A DNA stretch of 64,000 nucleotides from an uncultured Collinsella sp. (GCA_958348985.1 CATWBG010000005.1:20465-84464), one strand, 5' to 3'. Counted from the stretch's first letter, positions 1-10,453 are shown. Numbers and translations are program-made. Notes: generated by a model from the sequence alone, not told the origin.

Positions 1-1540
1 CATCCGTCACGGGCACCCCGTTATACTCCGCACTCTCCCCCGAAAGCCCTTTAAGGGCCAACGCGAGACGAGGCTCGTAATCATCAACCACGCACAGCTT
101 GTCTACCTTTGAAGCGGCATCTTTCAATGCAGGAACATCCGACTCCGTAACGTTGCCCGCCGTATCGGTCACGCGGATGTGCATCTTAGACAGCTGGTAC
201 GTACCGGCCCCAAGGGTCTGAGCGTCGAGGGAGAACTCAACATCACCAGACGCGTCGAGGACGCCTTTTACCGACGAGGACGAGCCGTCCTCGCGGGAAA
301 ATGCCAGACGTACGTCCGAGATTCCCGAAGCCGCATGCGTGCCGTCTTGAGGGTCCTCAACATGCGCCTTGAGCTTTAAGCCGTTTGAGGACACATACAG
401 GGTACCTGCGTTTGTCAGATGGCCGGCAATATCAAAGGCCGAGCCATCCTGCCCGTAAAATGCCACTGAAGAGATGCTCGGTGAAAGCATGTCCTCACGC
501 ACTTCGATTTTAAGCACCTGCCCGTTCGAAAACCTCTGCGTGCCGCCGGCGGCTGTCGCGACATCGATATCACGTGCAAGCTTTACCCAATAGATACCGG
601 CATGTTTGACCTCACCTGTATCCAGTTTATCGGCAAAAGATCCGTCGGATGTAAGCAGCGGATCGCTGCCCGAGGGGTTGGCGGAAAACGAGTCGTCCTG
701 TTGTGCCGACCCCTTTGCACCAATGAGTGTAAGGCCGTCGGTCTCATCAACATCATGAGCATCAAGCCAAACGCAAAGCGTCCCCTTGTCCCAAGAGCCG
801 CTGGTTTTAAGTGACTCGCTCTTGTTCTTCGACGTGACGAAACGCAAATCATCAAGAACCTCTTTGGGGGCCAAAGCAGCCGCATCTCGACCGGCCATCT
901 GCGCCACGGAGTCAATGCCCCCAATAGTTCCAAGAGCCACGGTCTGCGCGGCGCTCCCCCAGGTGAGGACCGAAGAAAGCGTCGTGGTGACAGACGGATA
1001 TGCTACGCCTTCGCGCATTACCAGGGGTGACGACGCGCCAAAGATCTTTGTCGCGTCGTCGGCACTCACCGCGCGCCCATCGAGAGAGAAAAAATCATCT
1101 TGAGCGTTTAACCATGATGCAGGGTTGACGCCGTAAGGCACCAGCAGAGCGGTCTTGCGCGGAAGAAAACCGAACGCGGAACGCTCCAAATCTTGAGCAT
1201 CGTCGTTTTTTGAAGTCGTTTCCGAATCAGAAGGTCCTTGATTCGAGGAGGGCTTTTGATTGATGCTCTCGACCGCGTCTTGACCCTGCGGAACGGCATC
1301 GCCGCAGTTCGTCTTTGATGCCGGCGCGCTTTGAGTGCCCTGTTCTGCCTGCTGTGTCCCGGCGAAGGCGAGGGGAGCCGAACCCGCAATCGCCGTTACA
1401 AGGGCGACGGTCGATATGGCAACGGGGACCGTCAGACAACGGGCCGAACGCGTCGGTCGGGGCCGTGGCGCACAGGAGCGCTCCGAAACGTCCCCGCGGT
1501 TCTCATCATCTTGAGCGTTATCGCGAATATCCTCATTCAT
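1..1540 (-). CDS. Large secreted/surface protein with Ig-like (Big) repeats; runs off the left window edge
   Basis: Not in the ORF track. Manual translation from ATG 1540 gives MNEDIRDNAQ...TVPVAISTVALVTAIAGSAPLAFA (signal-like) and later VEDPQDGTHAASGISDV and HIRVTDTAGNV (D..SGI / D.AGN Ig-fold motifs). No stop was seen in the translated portion. Confidence 0.75.
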   Translation of the reverse strand, partial: MNEDIRDNAQDDENRGDVSERSCAPRPRPTRSARCLTVPVAISTVALVTAIAGSAPLAFAGTQQAEQGTQSAPASKTNCGDAVPQGQDAVESINQKPSSNQGPSDSETTSKNDDAQDLERSAFGFLPRKTALLVPYGVNPASWLNAQDDFFSLDGRAVSADDATKIFGASSPLVMREGVAYPSVTTTLSSVLTWGSAAQTVALGTIGGIDSVAQMAGRDAAALAPKEVLDDLRFVTSKNKSESLKTSGSWDKGTLCVWLDAHDVDETDGLTLIGAKGSAQQDDSFSANPSGSDPLLTSDGSFADKLDTGEVKHAGIYWVKLARDIDVATAAGGTQRFSNGQVLKIEVREDMLSPSISSVAFYGQDGSAFDIAGHLTNAGTLYVSSNGLKLKAHVEDPQDGTHAASGISDVRLAFSREDGSSSSVKGVLDASGDVEFSLDAQTLGAGTYQLSKMHIRVTDTAGNVTESDVPALKDAASKVDKLCVVDDYEPRLALALKGLSGESAEYNGVPVTD

Positions 1541-1609
1541 CTTAATTGTCTCTGTTTCGTCGAGGGTTCATTCGTTGTAAAAGGAATCGTTCCGTAGCCG
1601 TATGAGCCG

Positions 1610-2185
1610 CTACGACAGCGACGCGGTGCACCCATCATCCCAGTCATCTGGAATCTTGGCATCGGCGCTACCTTGCCCCGCTTCCTCAGAAGGCCCGTTC
1701 GACGCCGCAAGAAGAGTCGTCTCGCAATCCCTGTCCCGATGTTTTATCGACAGCTCCGCAGAAGCGACGCCCTGGCCAGCACCGCCCTCGTCCTGTGAGA
1801 GCAGCGTGGTGAGGCTTTCCGCCTCGGCCGCACCGGTAGCAGCGTTGCTCTTCTTACAAGGAATCTCCGTGCAAGACTCAGCCGCTTTTTCCTCCACGAG
1901 GCTCGTGGGACCCTCGACTATACGAATATGCAGGCTGCCGGAAGCGTCACGGCTTCCTCGAGAAGCAGGAACCGCACCGCCCGAGACGGTCACATCGCCC
2001 ACGCGCATGATGCCACGGCGCCCCTCCCGCATCTGCTCGATTGTCCGTCGCGCCAACGCGCCCGTCAGCTCATCGTGCACGGCGCGGATATGCAGGACGA
2101 AAAACATCATGACCGCCACGACCGTGCAAACGAAGGCGCACACGAATCCAATGATCGCCACCATGTCAAATAGGCTCTCGCTCAT
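1610..2185 (-). CDS. Small membrane protein (N-terminal TM helix, low-complexity tail) in the kinase/FHA cluster
   Basis: 191 aa with a hydrophobic N-terminus followed by HIRAVHDELTG; starts 6 nt after the kinase stop. Confidence 0.7.
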   Translation of the reverse strand: MSESLFDMVAIIGFVCAFVCTVVAVMMFFVLHIRAVHDELTGALARRTIEQMREGRRGIMRVGDVTVSGGAVPASRGSRDASGSLHIRIVEGPTSLVEEKAAESCTEIPCKKSNAATGAAEAESLTTLLSQDEGGAGQGVASAELSIKHRDRDCETTLLAASNGPSEEAGQGSADAKIPDDWDDGCTASLS

Positions 2186-2191
2186 GTATCG

Positions 2192-3937
2192 CTATGCCTC
2201 CACATCGGTATAGGCGTCTTTTACTGCTTGACGGGCCGCATCGGCGGTATCTACAACACGGGTCTTTTCTGCATCGAGATAATCCGTGGTGGGAGAAACG
2301 GTATTCGCCAGGACCTCGGCGGAGCCGACCAACGAAGCGAGCTTCTCGCTCGATATCCCGTCGGCTCGGAACTTACGCGGATACGTACGCACGGCATCAA
2401 GTGCAAGGTTTGCCGCCTCAAGCTTGATGACGTCATTCTCCTCATGCTTAAGTGCCGACATGAGATAAACCAGCCGCTCGCAATATGGCTTGTATTGACC
2501 TTTGTCGGACCCTTCATTGATCAAGGGAACGATATTCGTGTTGAACTCGGCGATATCCGCATAGGCCTGGGCAAGATCGTGCTGGGAGAAATGAGGGGCC
2601 TGAGCCGCCTGCTCCATCCACTGCGCCGCAGCGCGGATACGCTCGGATCTAGAATTGGCATTCGGGCCGTTGCCGAGCTTTGCACTGCCATCCGGGTCAA
2701 ACGAATACCAGTAGAGCTTTCCGATACTAAACGCGAGATCGGGCCACTTCTCTGCACGTTCGAGCTCCGATAGATGCGGCAGCAGCGTATCACGCATTTT
2801 GCTTTCTTCTGCCGTGCTAAAAACCGAATCGGCCTTGAAGCGTGCAATCATGCCCTCAAGGGGGGCAGTCGACCCGGGTTTGATCTGAGCCGCCCGCGCG
2901 TATGCAGCAACGGCCTCGTTCTCATCGCTCGACTGCTCGCCGATGCCCTCCCAGTGATCGAAACTCTGGTTAACGGCGATGTTCGAGCCCACGATACCCG
3001 TGACGCCAACACCCAAGGAGAGCACTGCAGCCACACAAACGCCCACAAACGACCTCCAACGACGACGCAACCGCCGAAGACGCGCGGCATCGTGCTCGCG
3101 ATACGTGGAAAGCGCATATGCCATCTGCGCGCAATCCTGATAGCGATCGTCGGGATCGGGCTGTGTAGCCGTAGCGATAATGGATTCGATACCCAGCGAA
3201 AGCTCTGGGATCACCTGACGCACCGGCAAGATGGAATAGGGGGGCTCGGCCGGGTTCTTTCCCGTCAACAGGGTGTAAAGCGTGGCGCCAAGGGCATAGA
3301 CGTCGGAACGAGCATCGGTCTGCCCTCCCCCACCATATTGCTCAGGAGGGGCGAAGCCACGTGTACCTAGCTGCGATGTATCGCTCACAGCCGCGTTCAC
3401 GCTCGTCCCGTCTCCACGATATTCGCGTGCGATACCAAAATCGACCAGCTCGAGCAAGCCGTTTGGCTTGAGCATCACGTTCGAGGGTTTCATATCGCGA
3501 TAGATGACAGGTGGGGTCCGCTGGTGCAGATACTCAAGAACATCGCAGAGCTGCAACGCCCAATCGACCACCGTGTCCTCGTTTTGAGGCCCCTGAGACG
3601 AGGCGACGTCCTCCAGCGTCTTTCCCTCGATAAGATCCATGATGACGAAGAGCGTCCCCTCCTCGTCGATAATGTCCACGATTCGCGGGATGGCGGGATG
3701 GTCGAAGCGTTTAATCATGTTCGCCTCGGTCACGATACTTTGGGCAATGAGCGAGCGCAACGAGGTGTCATCTGTGCGCTTGATCTCCTTGGCCGCCCAC
3801 ATCTTATTCAGCACCAGATCGCGCGCGACGAACACGCGGGACATGCCACCTTCGCCAATCTGCGTCAACAGCTCATAGCGACTGTTGATCACGCGCGTCA
3901 CTTGCTCCGCCGCATTGGCGTCATTGGAATCCACCAA
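2192..3937 (-). CDS. Membrane-spanning Hanks-type Ser/Thr protein kinase
   Basis: GEGGMSRV, AAKEI, YRDMKPSN, DFG, APPE and DVYALG motifs; TM helix around aa 297-320; helical C-terminal domain. Confidence 0.95.
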   Translation of the reverse strand: MVDSNDANAAEQVTRVINSRYELLTQIGEGGMSRVFVARDLVLNKMWAAKEIKRTDDTSLRSLIAQSIVTEANMIKRFDHPAIPRIVDIIDEEGTLFVIMDLIEGKTLEDVASSQGPQNEDTVVDWALQLCDVLEYLHQRTPPVIYRDMKPSNVMLKPNGLLELVDFGIAREYRGDGTSVNAAVSDTSQLGTRGFAPPEQYGGGGQTDARSDVYALGATLYTLLTGKNPAEPPYSILPVRQVIPELSLGIESIIATATQPDPDDRYQDCAQMAYALSTYREHDAARLRRLRRRWRSFVGVCVAAVLSLGVGVTGIVGSNIAVNQSFDHWEGIGEQSSDENEAVAAYARAAQIKPGSTAPLEGMIARFKADSVFSTAEESKMRDTLLPHLSELERAEKWPDLAFSIGKLYWYSFDPDGSAKLGNGPNANSRSERIRAAAQWMEQAAQAPHFSQHDLAQAYADIAEFNTNIVPLINEGSDKGQYKPYCERLVYLMSALKHEENDVIKLEAANLALDAVRTYPRKFRADGISSEKLASLVGSAEVLANTVSPTTDYLDAEKTRVVDTADAARQAVKDAYTDVEA

Positions 3938-4123
3938 GGCACGCCCTCCATACCGTCAAATCTTCGACAGACTTAGTCGCAATAACGATATGAGACGCAC
4001 CTCAAGCCATCATGAGGCGAATGTAAAGACTTGATATGACCGATTTTTGTACCGACCCCCCAATGCCAAGGAGTCTCACATGGAGGACAGGCATGCCCCG
4101 CGAGGAAGCTTGGCACACCCATG

Positions 4124-5497
4124 CTACTTGGAAGCGCCGCGCACTATCAATGCAAAGTCCTCGTCGGCAAGGCGCAACGTGTCCCCATCATGCAAACGCA
4201 CCCGAACATGAGGTATGATCCGCTCGCCGTATGCAAATGAGCCGTTTGCGCTGCCTAAGTCCTCGAACTCGACGCCATTATCGCACAACGAGATAGATCC
4301 ATGCCTGCGGCTGATATTAGTGTTTCCGCTCAATGGAATGTCACATGAACTCGAACGACCCACAATCGCAGCCCTGACATGCGGAATGGCACAACGCTCT
4401 CCTGTCGCGAGACGCAACAGACAAGCGTCGGTGGAAGTATGTACGTCTCCTGCATCATCATCGCCTGCAGCGCCACAAGCAGTGAGACTCGATGTTGCAG
4501 AATCAAACGATTTCGCGCGCGTAGTTTGCTCGGCCCGCGCATCATGAGTCTTGCGGCCAACAGGCTCGTCCGTGCTTCCTTTCACGTCATCATCTTGTTT
4601 TGTGGGCGCCGAATCAAAAACAACCTCAGAAGAGAAAGCGCCGGTAGCGCGCACCGCGGATATAACCCGTTGCCTCGACGTCGGAGAGTAGCCCCCTACG
4701 CCATCGAGCACCCTGCGGGCCGCATTTTGACCTGCGACGACTTGAGCCGCACCGGCAAAACCGCTCAACAAGGCGACAGCATCAAACGAACCGCCCTCAG
4801 GGACCTTTGAGGTACTGCAAATCCGGGACGGCTCTTTTTGCAACCTTCCCGATACAATCGAACGATTCTTCGACGAAAAACCCAGCGAAGAGGAGTCGTG
4901 GGCCACTTCGTCGGCGCTCCGCCACGCATCGATGCCGTATTCCTCTGACAGATATGCCTCGAAATCGGTGAGCGAAAGAACAGGGTGCCTACACACGAAG
5001 TCTTTAAGTGAAAGAGCGCGCCTGGAGTCATCATCCACCGCAAACGAGACCTTTTTCATATCGGCAAGATATGTCAGAAGCGCAATCGGTGTAGATCGCG
5101 CTGTCGTGGCAAGCCCCGCCAGGGGAACATACATGAACCTCAGCTCGCCGCCGGAAGCAACAAACACATCAGACGGGTCACACCATAAGGCAGCCGTGGC
5201 ATAGAGGCGGCGCGTAATCAAAGCGAGCAGAGCCTGCAGCGAGCAGAGCATGCAGTGATATTGAGCACCCGAAAGTGCATTACCCTTTAGATAGCGCGAG
5301 AGTGGCACGGTGTCGGTCACATCGTAATAAAGGACCGTCTCGCCGCGATCGCTAAGATACGTAAAGGGAAGCAGACGATCATCGGGACGAGAAGCCAGCC
5401 ATTGCGCCTGCTCGTATTCAAATGTCTCTCCCCTGCCCAATCGCACGGCAATGCAGCGGCTCTTTGTCTTTCTGTCATAGATATGCTTAGTTTTCAT
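4124..5497 (-). CDS. FHA-domain protein with DUF6382-like N-terminal domain
   Basis: C-terminal FHA motifs GR..SC, ISRRH, EDLGSANGS, L.DGD.L.LADE; N-terminal LLPF...LYYDVT..VPLSRYL. Confidence 0.85.
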   Translation of the reverse strand: MKTKHIYDRKTKSRCIAVRLGRGETFEYEQAQWLASRPDDRLLPFTYLSDRGETVLYYDVTDTVPLSRYLKGNALSGAQYHCMLCSLQALLALITRRLYATAALWCDPSDVFVASGGELRFMYVPLAGLATTARSTPIALLTYLADMKKVSFAVDDDSRRALSLKDFVCRHPVLSLTDFEAYLSEEYGIDAWRSADEVAHDSSSLGFSSKNRSIVSGRLQKEPSRICSTSKVPEGGSFDAVALLSGFAGAAQVVAGQNAARRVLDGVGGYSPTSRQRVISAVRATGAFSSEVVFDSAPTKQDDDVKGSTDEPVGRKTHDARAEQTTRAKSFDSATSSLTACGAAGDDDAGDVHTSTDACLLRLATGERCAIPHVRAAIVGRSSSCDIPLSGNTNISRRHGSISLCDNGVEFEDLGSANGSFAYGERIIPHVRVRLHDGDTLRLADEDFALIVRGASK

Positions 5498-5811
5498 AGC
5501 AAGTGCATCCGGTCACCGATTATTGGGTCAAAAGACCCCAGACCAAGAGGCAGAACAAGAAGATAAGCGATCCTGCCGCCGCCAGAAACCCCCATTTGAT
5601 ATATGACCACGCAAGTGCATGACGCTCGTCTCGCGTAAACCAGTTTGGATCGTGTTCCAGTCGCTTATACCAGCGCTTGAATGATCCCATGTTCCCCGCT
5701 CCTCAGCATGCATGAGCAATAACTCTATTTGCTACAGCGTAGAGGATATACATCAAGCGAATGTAAAGTGCGGGTATGTCATCATGCTCACAGGCTGCAA
5801 AAAGGCATACG

Positions 5812-6465
5812 TCAAAGTTTGAAACGACACTCGAGAGCGCGGCCAAACCAGGTGAGAGCCATGACGATAAGGTAGTACACAGCCGCTACCAGCAAGAACG
5901 GTTCGAAAGCGCGATACGTTAAGGCCTGTACGCTTTGAGCCGCGCGCATCATATCCATGAGGCCGATGGTAGCGACAAGCGACGAGCTTTTAAGTACCGT
6001 GATCACTTCGTTGACGAGAGCGGGGATAACCGACCGCAATGCCTGCGGAATGATAATCATGCGCATCATGGTGCCATATGGCAGCCCGATGGCGCGGGCG
6101 GCGTCGTACTGTCCGCGGTCAACCCCCTCGATACCGCCGCGCACGGTTTCCGAAACCGTCGCCGAGCCATTGAGCCCCAGCGTAATGACGCCGGCGACAA
6201 ACATCGAGATCTTATAGCCCGTGAGCTGCGGCGTTGCAAAGTACGCCATAAAGAGCAGCACGATGAGGGGCACACCGCGAAAGATCGACGTATAGAAATC
6301 GAGCAGCACCCGCAGCGGACGGCAGGGCACCACTTTGAGCACGGCGATGATGAAACCCAGCACAAGGGCGATTGCGAGGGCGGCCGCCGTGACCTCGCAG
6401 GTCACGGCCAGGCCCTCGACAAACATCGATATGTACGGCTGCAAAAGGTAGAACTTCATCGTCAT
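5812..6465 (-). CDS. Polar amino-acid ABC transporter permease
   Basis: FRGVPLIV, EAA-loop GQYDAARAIG, KSSSL. Confidence 0.92.
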   Translation of the reverse strand: MTMKFYLLQPYISMFVEGLAVTCEVTAAALAIALVLGFIIAVLKVVPCRPLRVLLDFYTSIFRGVPLIVLLFMAYFATPQLTGYKISMFVAGVITLGLNGSATVSETVRGGIEGVDRGQYDAARAIGLPYGTMMRMIIIPQALRSVIPALVNEVITVLKSSSLVATIGLMDMMRAAQSVQALTYRAFEPFLLVAAVYYLIVMALTWFGRALECRFKL

Positions 6466-6493
6466 GCACGCGAGCTATATCCGAGACGAAAAG

Positions 6494-7384
6494 CTAGTTG
6501 CCCTGGTGCTCGACGGTCGAGGTGCCCGCAGCAGAGAAGTCGCCGTTCCACATGAAGTCGGCGCCCACGTACTTTTTGATGTACGTGTCGATTGTGCCGT
6601 CCTCGAGCATCCCCTCGATGCAAAGGTCGAGCTCGGTCACAAAACTCGCACCCTTGTTGGCCATCAGACGATAGACGCCTACGTGGTCGGCAGTCTCGGC
6701 GCGGTCGAGCAGACCGAGTACCAGGCCCTCGTTAGCATCGCGCATGGACTGGCCCTCGGCACCATCGCACAGGTAGGCGTCGATACGGCCGGCAAGCACC
6801 TCCTGCAGGCACTGGTCGCCGCCGTCGTACGTGTGCACATCGGCATCCGGCATCACCTTGGTGATGAACTTGTTTTGCACGGTACCGGTAGTGCAAGCGA
6901 TGGACTTGCCCGCAAGGTCCTGGATACTCTTGATGGGATCCCCGCCCATGGTGAGCACGCCCACAAGCGGCTGATAATAGCCGCGCGTAAAGTCGTAGGT
7001 CTCCTCGCGCTCCTCGTTGGCGCTCATCGCCATGGTGAAGGCGGTGTCATTGCCCTGAATGGACGCGAGCGTGGCAGCGAAGTCCTGCGGCTCGAAGGTA
7101 TAGGTGAATCCCAAGCGCGATGCCATCTCGTCGGCAATGGCGATGTCGAGACCCACGACCTTGTGCTTGCCGTCTGCATCGGTATCGATATAGCGATACG
7201 GGGCAAAGGCATCGTCTCCCATAAAAGTGAGCTTGGCGCCCTTGATGCCATCGGCAGTCGCCGCAGCAGAGCCAGATGCGGCAGACCCCTGGGCGGCGTT
7301 TTGAGTGGAGCAGCCGGCAAGCGCGGCGACGGCACCCCCGGCGAGGAGCCCAACAAAACCGCGACGGGAGATAGAACACGTCAT
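6494..7384 (-). CDS. Amino-acid ABC substrate-binding lipoprotein (family 3)
   Basis: Start reassigned to MTCSISRRGFVG (twin-Arg) with lipobox LAGC; FAPY, GLDIAIA, GTVQ motifs. Confidence 0.9.
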   Translation of the reverse strand: MTCSISRRGFVGLLAGGAVAALAGCSTQNAAQGSAASGSAAATADGIKGAKLTFMGDDAFAPYRYIDTDADGKHKVVGLDIAIADEMASRLGFTYTFEPQDFAATLASIQGNDTAFTMAMSANEEREETYDFTRGYYQPLVGVLTMGGDPIKSIQDLAGKSIACTTGTVQNKFITKVMPDADVHTYDGGDQCLQEVLAGRIDAYLCDGAEGQSMRDANEGLVLGLLDRAETADHVGVYRLMANKGASFVTELDLCIEGMLEDGTIDTYIKKYVGADFMWNGDFSAAGTSTVEHQGN

Positions 7385-7602
7385 ATTAAAGCCTTTCGGA
7401 AAGATGTGGCACAAATCAGCATGCTCCATTCTACGGCGTAACCCATCGTAGCCCGCACGACGATGAAAACTAACCAAGGCGAAACATGTCCTGTGTGCCA
7501 AACCCAAACAAAGGACACACAAAACGATAGCTGCACATCGAAAATGGGCCCTGCGCAAACGCGGAGCCCACCGGTAATCAGACAACGTGAGCAGATGGCA
7601 GC

Positions 7603-8403
7603 CTACGGACGCTGGCCCATGCCGCCCTCGAGGGTGAGGGTCTCACCGTTCATGTACTTGAAGTCGGGACCGCACAGCTGCACGACTACGCGGCCAATCT
7701 CCTTCTCGACGTCACCGTAGTGGCCGGCCGGCGGCATGTGGACGTTGGCCTTGAACGCCTCGGGGTAGGCAGCCTCGAAGTTCTCGAGCTGGGCCGTCCA
7801 AGCAAGCGGGCACACGACGTTCACGTTGACGCCGTCGGGACCCCACTCGTTCGCAGCCACGCGCGAAAGGCCGCGGATGCCCTCTTTCGCAGCCGCATAG
7901 CTGCACTGGCCAAAGTTGCCAAAGAGGCCGGCACCCGAGGCGAAGTTCACTACAGAGCCCTTGGTCTCCTTAAGATACGGGTAGGCCTTTTGCATGTACA
8001 GGTAGGTTGCATAGAGACCTGAGTAGATAGCAAGGTTAAACTGTTCCATCGTGTGATCGGCGATGGTCACGCCCGAGGCGGAGGCCTGTGCGTTATTGAC
8101 CACGGCGTCGATGCGGCCAAACTCTTCGATGGCTTTATCGATAACGTTTTGAACCACGGCCTCGTTGTCCTGACCAGCAGAAACGTCTGCCTGCACGGGC
8201 AGCACCTTGATGCCGTACTCGGCCTCGAGACTCTCCTTGGCGTCCTCGAGCTTCTTGACGTTGCGGCCGGTGATAACGAGGTTCGCGCCCTCTTTGGCGA
8301 AGGCGATATCGATACCATAGCCAATGGATCCAGCGCTGCCGTCCTTGAGCGTCGCCTTGCCGCCGCCGGTTACGATCACGGTCTTTCCGTCAAACAGTCC
8401 CAT
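7603..8403 (-). CDS. SDR oxidoreductase, probable bile-acid 12alpha-hydroxysteroid dehydrogenase
   Basis: TGGG...SIGYGI, NNAQASASG, YAAAK and C-terminal GETLTLEGGMGQRP, recognised as closely matching characterised clostridial 12alpha-HSDHs. Confidence 0.85.
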   Translation of the reverse strand: MGLFDGKTVIVTGGGKATLKDGSAGSIGYGIDIAFAKEGANLVITGRNVKKLEDAKESLEAEYGIKVLPVQADVSAGQDNEAVVQNVIDKAIEEFGRIDAVVNNAQASASGVTIADHTMEQFNLAIYSGLYATYLYMQKAYPYLKETKGSVVNFASGAGLFGNFGQCSYAAAKEGIRGLSRVAANEWGPDGVNVNVVCPLAWTAQLENFEAAYPEAFKANVHMPPAGHYGDVEKEIGRVVVQLCGPDFKYMNGETLTLEGGMGQRP

Positions 8404-8617
8404 GTGCTACTCCTATCGCATCGAAGCTTCAAATCTCCACGGGCGAGGCCCGCGGCTCAAACCACTAATGTAGCTGAGCGTTTGCGCCCTCGACACCAAG
8501 AATGAAGCCAAATGGGGTGAAAGGCGACGCCTCTGCGTCATTCGGTGTTCACGCGCGGGTATAAGATTGAACAAACGATTGTAAGGTGCGCATCGGGCGC
8601 ACACAGATAGGAGCGCC

Positions 8618-10408
8618 ATGAGCGAAGACATCAAGACGCCAGATTCCCAGGTAGACGCATGCAAATTGGAAAAGACTGAAGAGATCTTGGAAAACTTGAA
8701 CCAGGTTGTTGGCGTCGATGGCACCAACGATGGAATCGAAGCTTGTCCGCAAGATGACAAGAGTCCCGATGGACCCAAAGACATCGCAGACTCGACCGTC
8801 GAAATCAATGCCGACGAAGCAACCGGTGCGGACACGACTGACGATATCGATACCGCAGACCCCGATGAAGGGCACGTCAGCGCGCTCGACGATGATGTAA
8901 GCTGCAACGCCCTGGAGGCCGCGCACGTCGTCGCACCCGGCGGCGAAGACGAACGGGCAGACATCGCTCCCCTCGGCTTCGATGGCGTGCCTGTTCTCGA
9001 TGACGTCGCGACCACCGCTTCTGACACCGAGAACATACCTCGCTTCCTCACGCGCGACCAGTATGAGCAAGTGGGAGACGATCCCGATCCTTTGCCCTCG
9101 GGCTTTGAAGTCATCGATGGGGGAGTCTCGGCGGCAGGCGGGGCTCAAACCCCCATTGTCACCGACGAGGAAAGTGCCCCTAAGGAAGCGCTGCCAGCAA
9201 AACCAGAGGATGGCGCCGCGCAAGCCGTCGCCAAGGCCGGAGCCGCAATCGCCGACGCCGCTGCGAGCGTGGGCACGATGCTCTCGCAGGGTATGGGGGC
9301 CGTCCGCGAGGTGAATGCCGCCCGGCGCGCGCACAGTGAGGCGCGCGATCACCTGGACGAGCTCTCGCAAGTCATCGAAGAAAACGAGGACGAGCTTACG
9401 CATCGCCGCGATGTGGAGGCGAACTACGCTCAAATCGTTGCCGAACAGACCGCTCGCCAAGCTAGCTGTCTGGAGTCCGTACGTGCCGCCGTCGCCGCCC
9501 AGCAGGCGATCGCCAAGACAATCGACGACCTCAAACAGAGTCTCTCTGCCATGAAGGACGCAGACAAGGCAACCGAAAAGCGCCTTAAGTCGGCGCTTGA
9601 CGCCGCCGAGTCCCAGGAGGCATCCGCACGAGAAGGGGCAAATCGCCTGGTAAGACGCGTAACCGACGCCCAGCACGGACTTGAATCGGCAAAAGCCGAT
9701 CGCGAAACCAACCTTGCCGCCGCACGGAAGGCCGTGGAGAGCGCACAGGCACGCCTCAACGCCCTACGCGAGGAATTCGCCGAAATCCAGCGCAATCCGT
9801 CTGCGAACTCTGCCGCATACAGCGTGCGTGGCACTGAACTCGAAAACGATATCTCTGACGCCGCCGAGCAGCTCCGCACCGCACAAGAGCAGTTGCCGCG
9901 TCTTACCGCCGAGCTCGACCAATCCATTGCCGATGCCGAAGCGGTCGTGGCCGAAGCCAACAAGCCTATCGAAGAAGCCCGCTCTTCGTTCCGCGACATC
10001 TCAAATGCCACCGCCGAAGCTCGCGACGCTTTAGACGCCGCTCGCAAAGATGCCGAAACCCGTCAAAAGGAGCTTCGTTCCCAGATCAACGAACAGGAAA
10101 AGGCTCTCAAAAAACAGCAGAAAGCCCAGCAAGAAGCCCAAGATGACGCCGACAACGCGGCAGAGATCCTCGCTGACACAAATGATATCCACGCTCACCC
10201 GGAAATCACTCAGCAGCTTGCCGCCCGTATCGACTCGGATAAGCAGTACCAGGCCCAGCAGATGCAGCAAGTCGAATCGCTTGCCGCAACCGAGAAGAAT
10301 GTTCGCGAGCAAACGCGCACGTCGCGCCTTAAGTTCGTGGGCATTGTGGCAGCGATCGTCGTGGCTGTCGCGCTTGTCATCTTTTGCTGGACCACGTTTG
10401 TGAAGTAA
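8618..10408 (+). CDS. Acidic N-terminus, long coiled coil, C-terminal membrane anchor; function unknown
   Basis: 596 aa; RBS GGAG; A/E/Q/R-rich heptad region; hydrophobic tail FVGIVAAIVVAVALVIFCW. Confidence 0.85.
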   Translation: MSEDIKTPDSQVDACKLEKTEEILENLNQVVGVDGTNDGIEACPQDDKSPDGPKDIADSTVEINADEATGADTTDDIDTADPDEGHVSALDDDVSCNALEAAHVVAPGGEDERADIAPLGFDGVPVLDDVATTASDTENIPRFLTRDQYEQVGDDPDPLPSGFEVIDGGVSAAGGAQTPIVTDEESAPKEALPAKPEDGAAQAVAKAGAAIADAAASVGTMLSQGMGAVREVNAARRAHSEARDHLDELSQVIEENEDELTHRRDVEANYAQIVAEQTARQASCLESVRAAVAAQQAIAKTIDDLKQSLSAMKDADKATEKRLKSALDAAESQEASAREGANRLVRRVTDAQHGLESAKADRETNLAAARKAVESAQARLNALREEFAEIQRNPSANSAAYSVRGTELENDISDAAEQLRTAQEQLPRLTAELDQSIADAEAVVAEANKPIEEARSSFRDISNATAEARDALDAARKDAETRQKELRSQINEQEKALKKQQKAQQEAQDDADNAAEILADTNDIHAHPEITQQLAARIDSDKQYQAQQMQQVESLAATEKNVREQTRTSRLKFVGIVAAIVVAVALVIFCWTTFVK

Positions 10409-10453
10409 CGAAAGGCTTCGACCTCAACCGGTATTTGAGCTGTCATGGTAATG

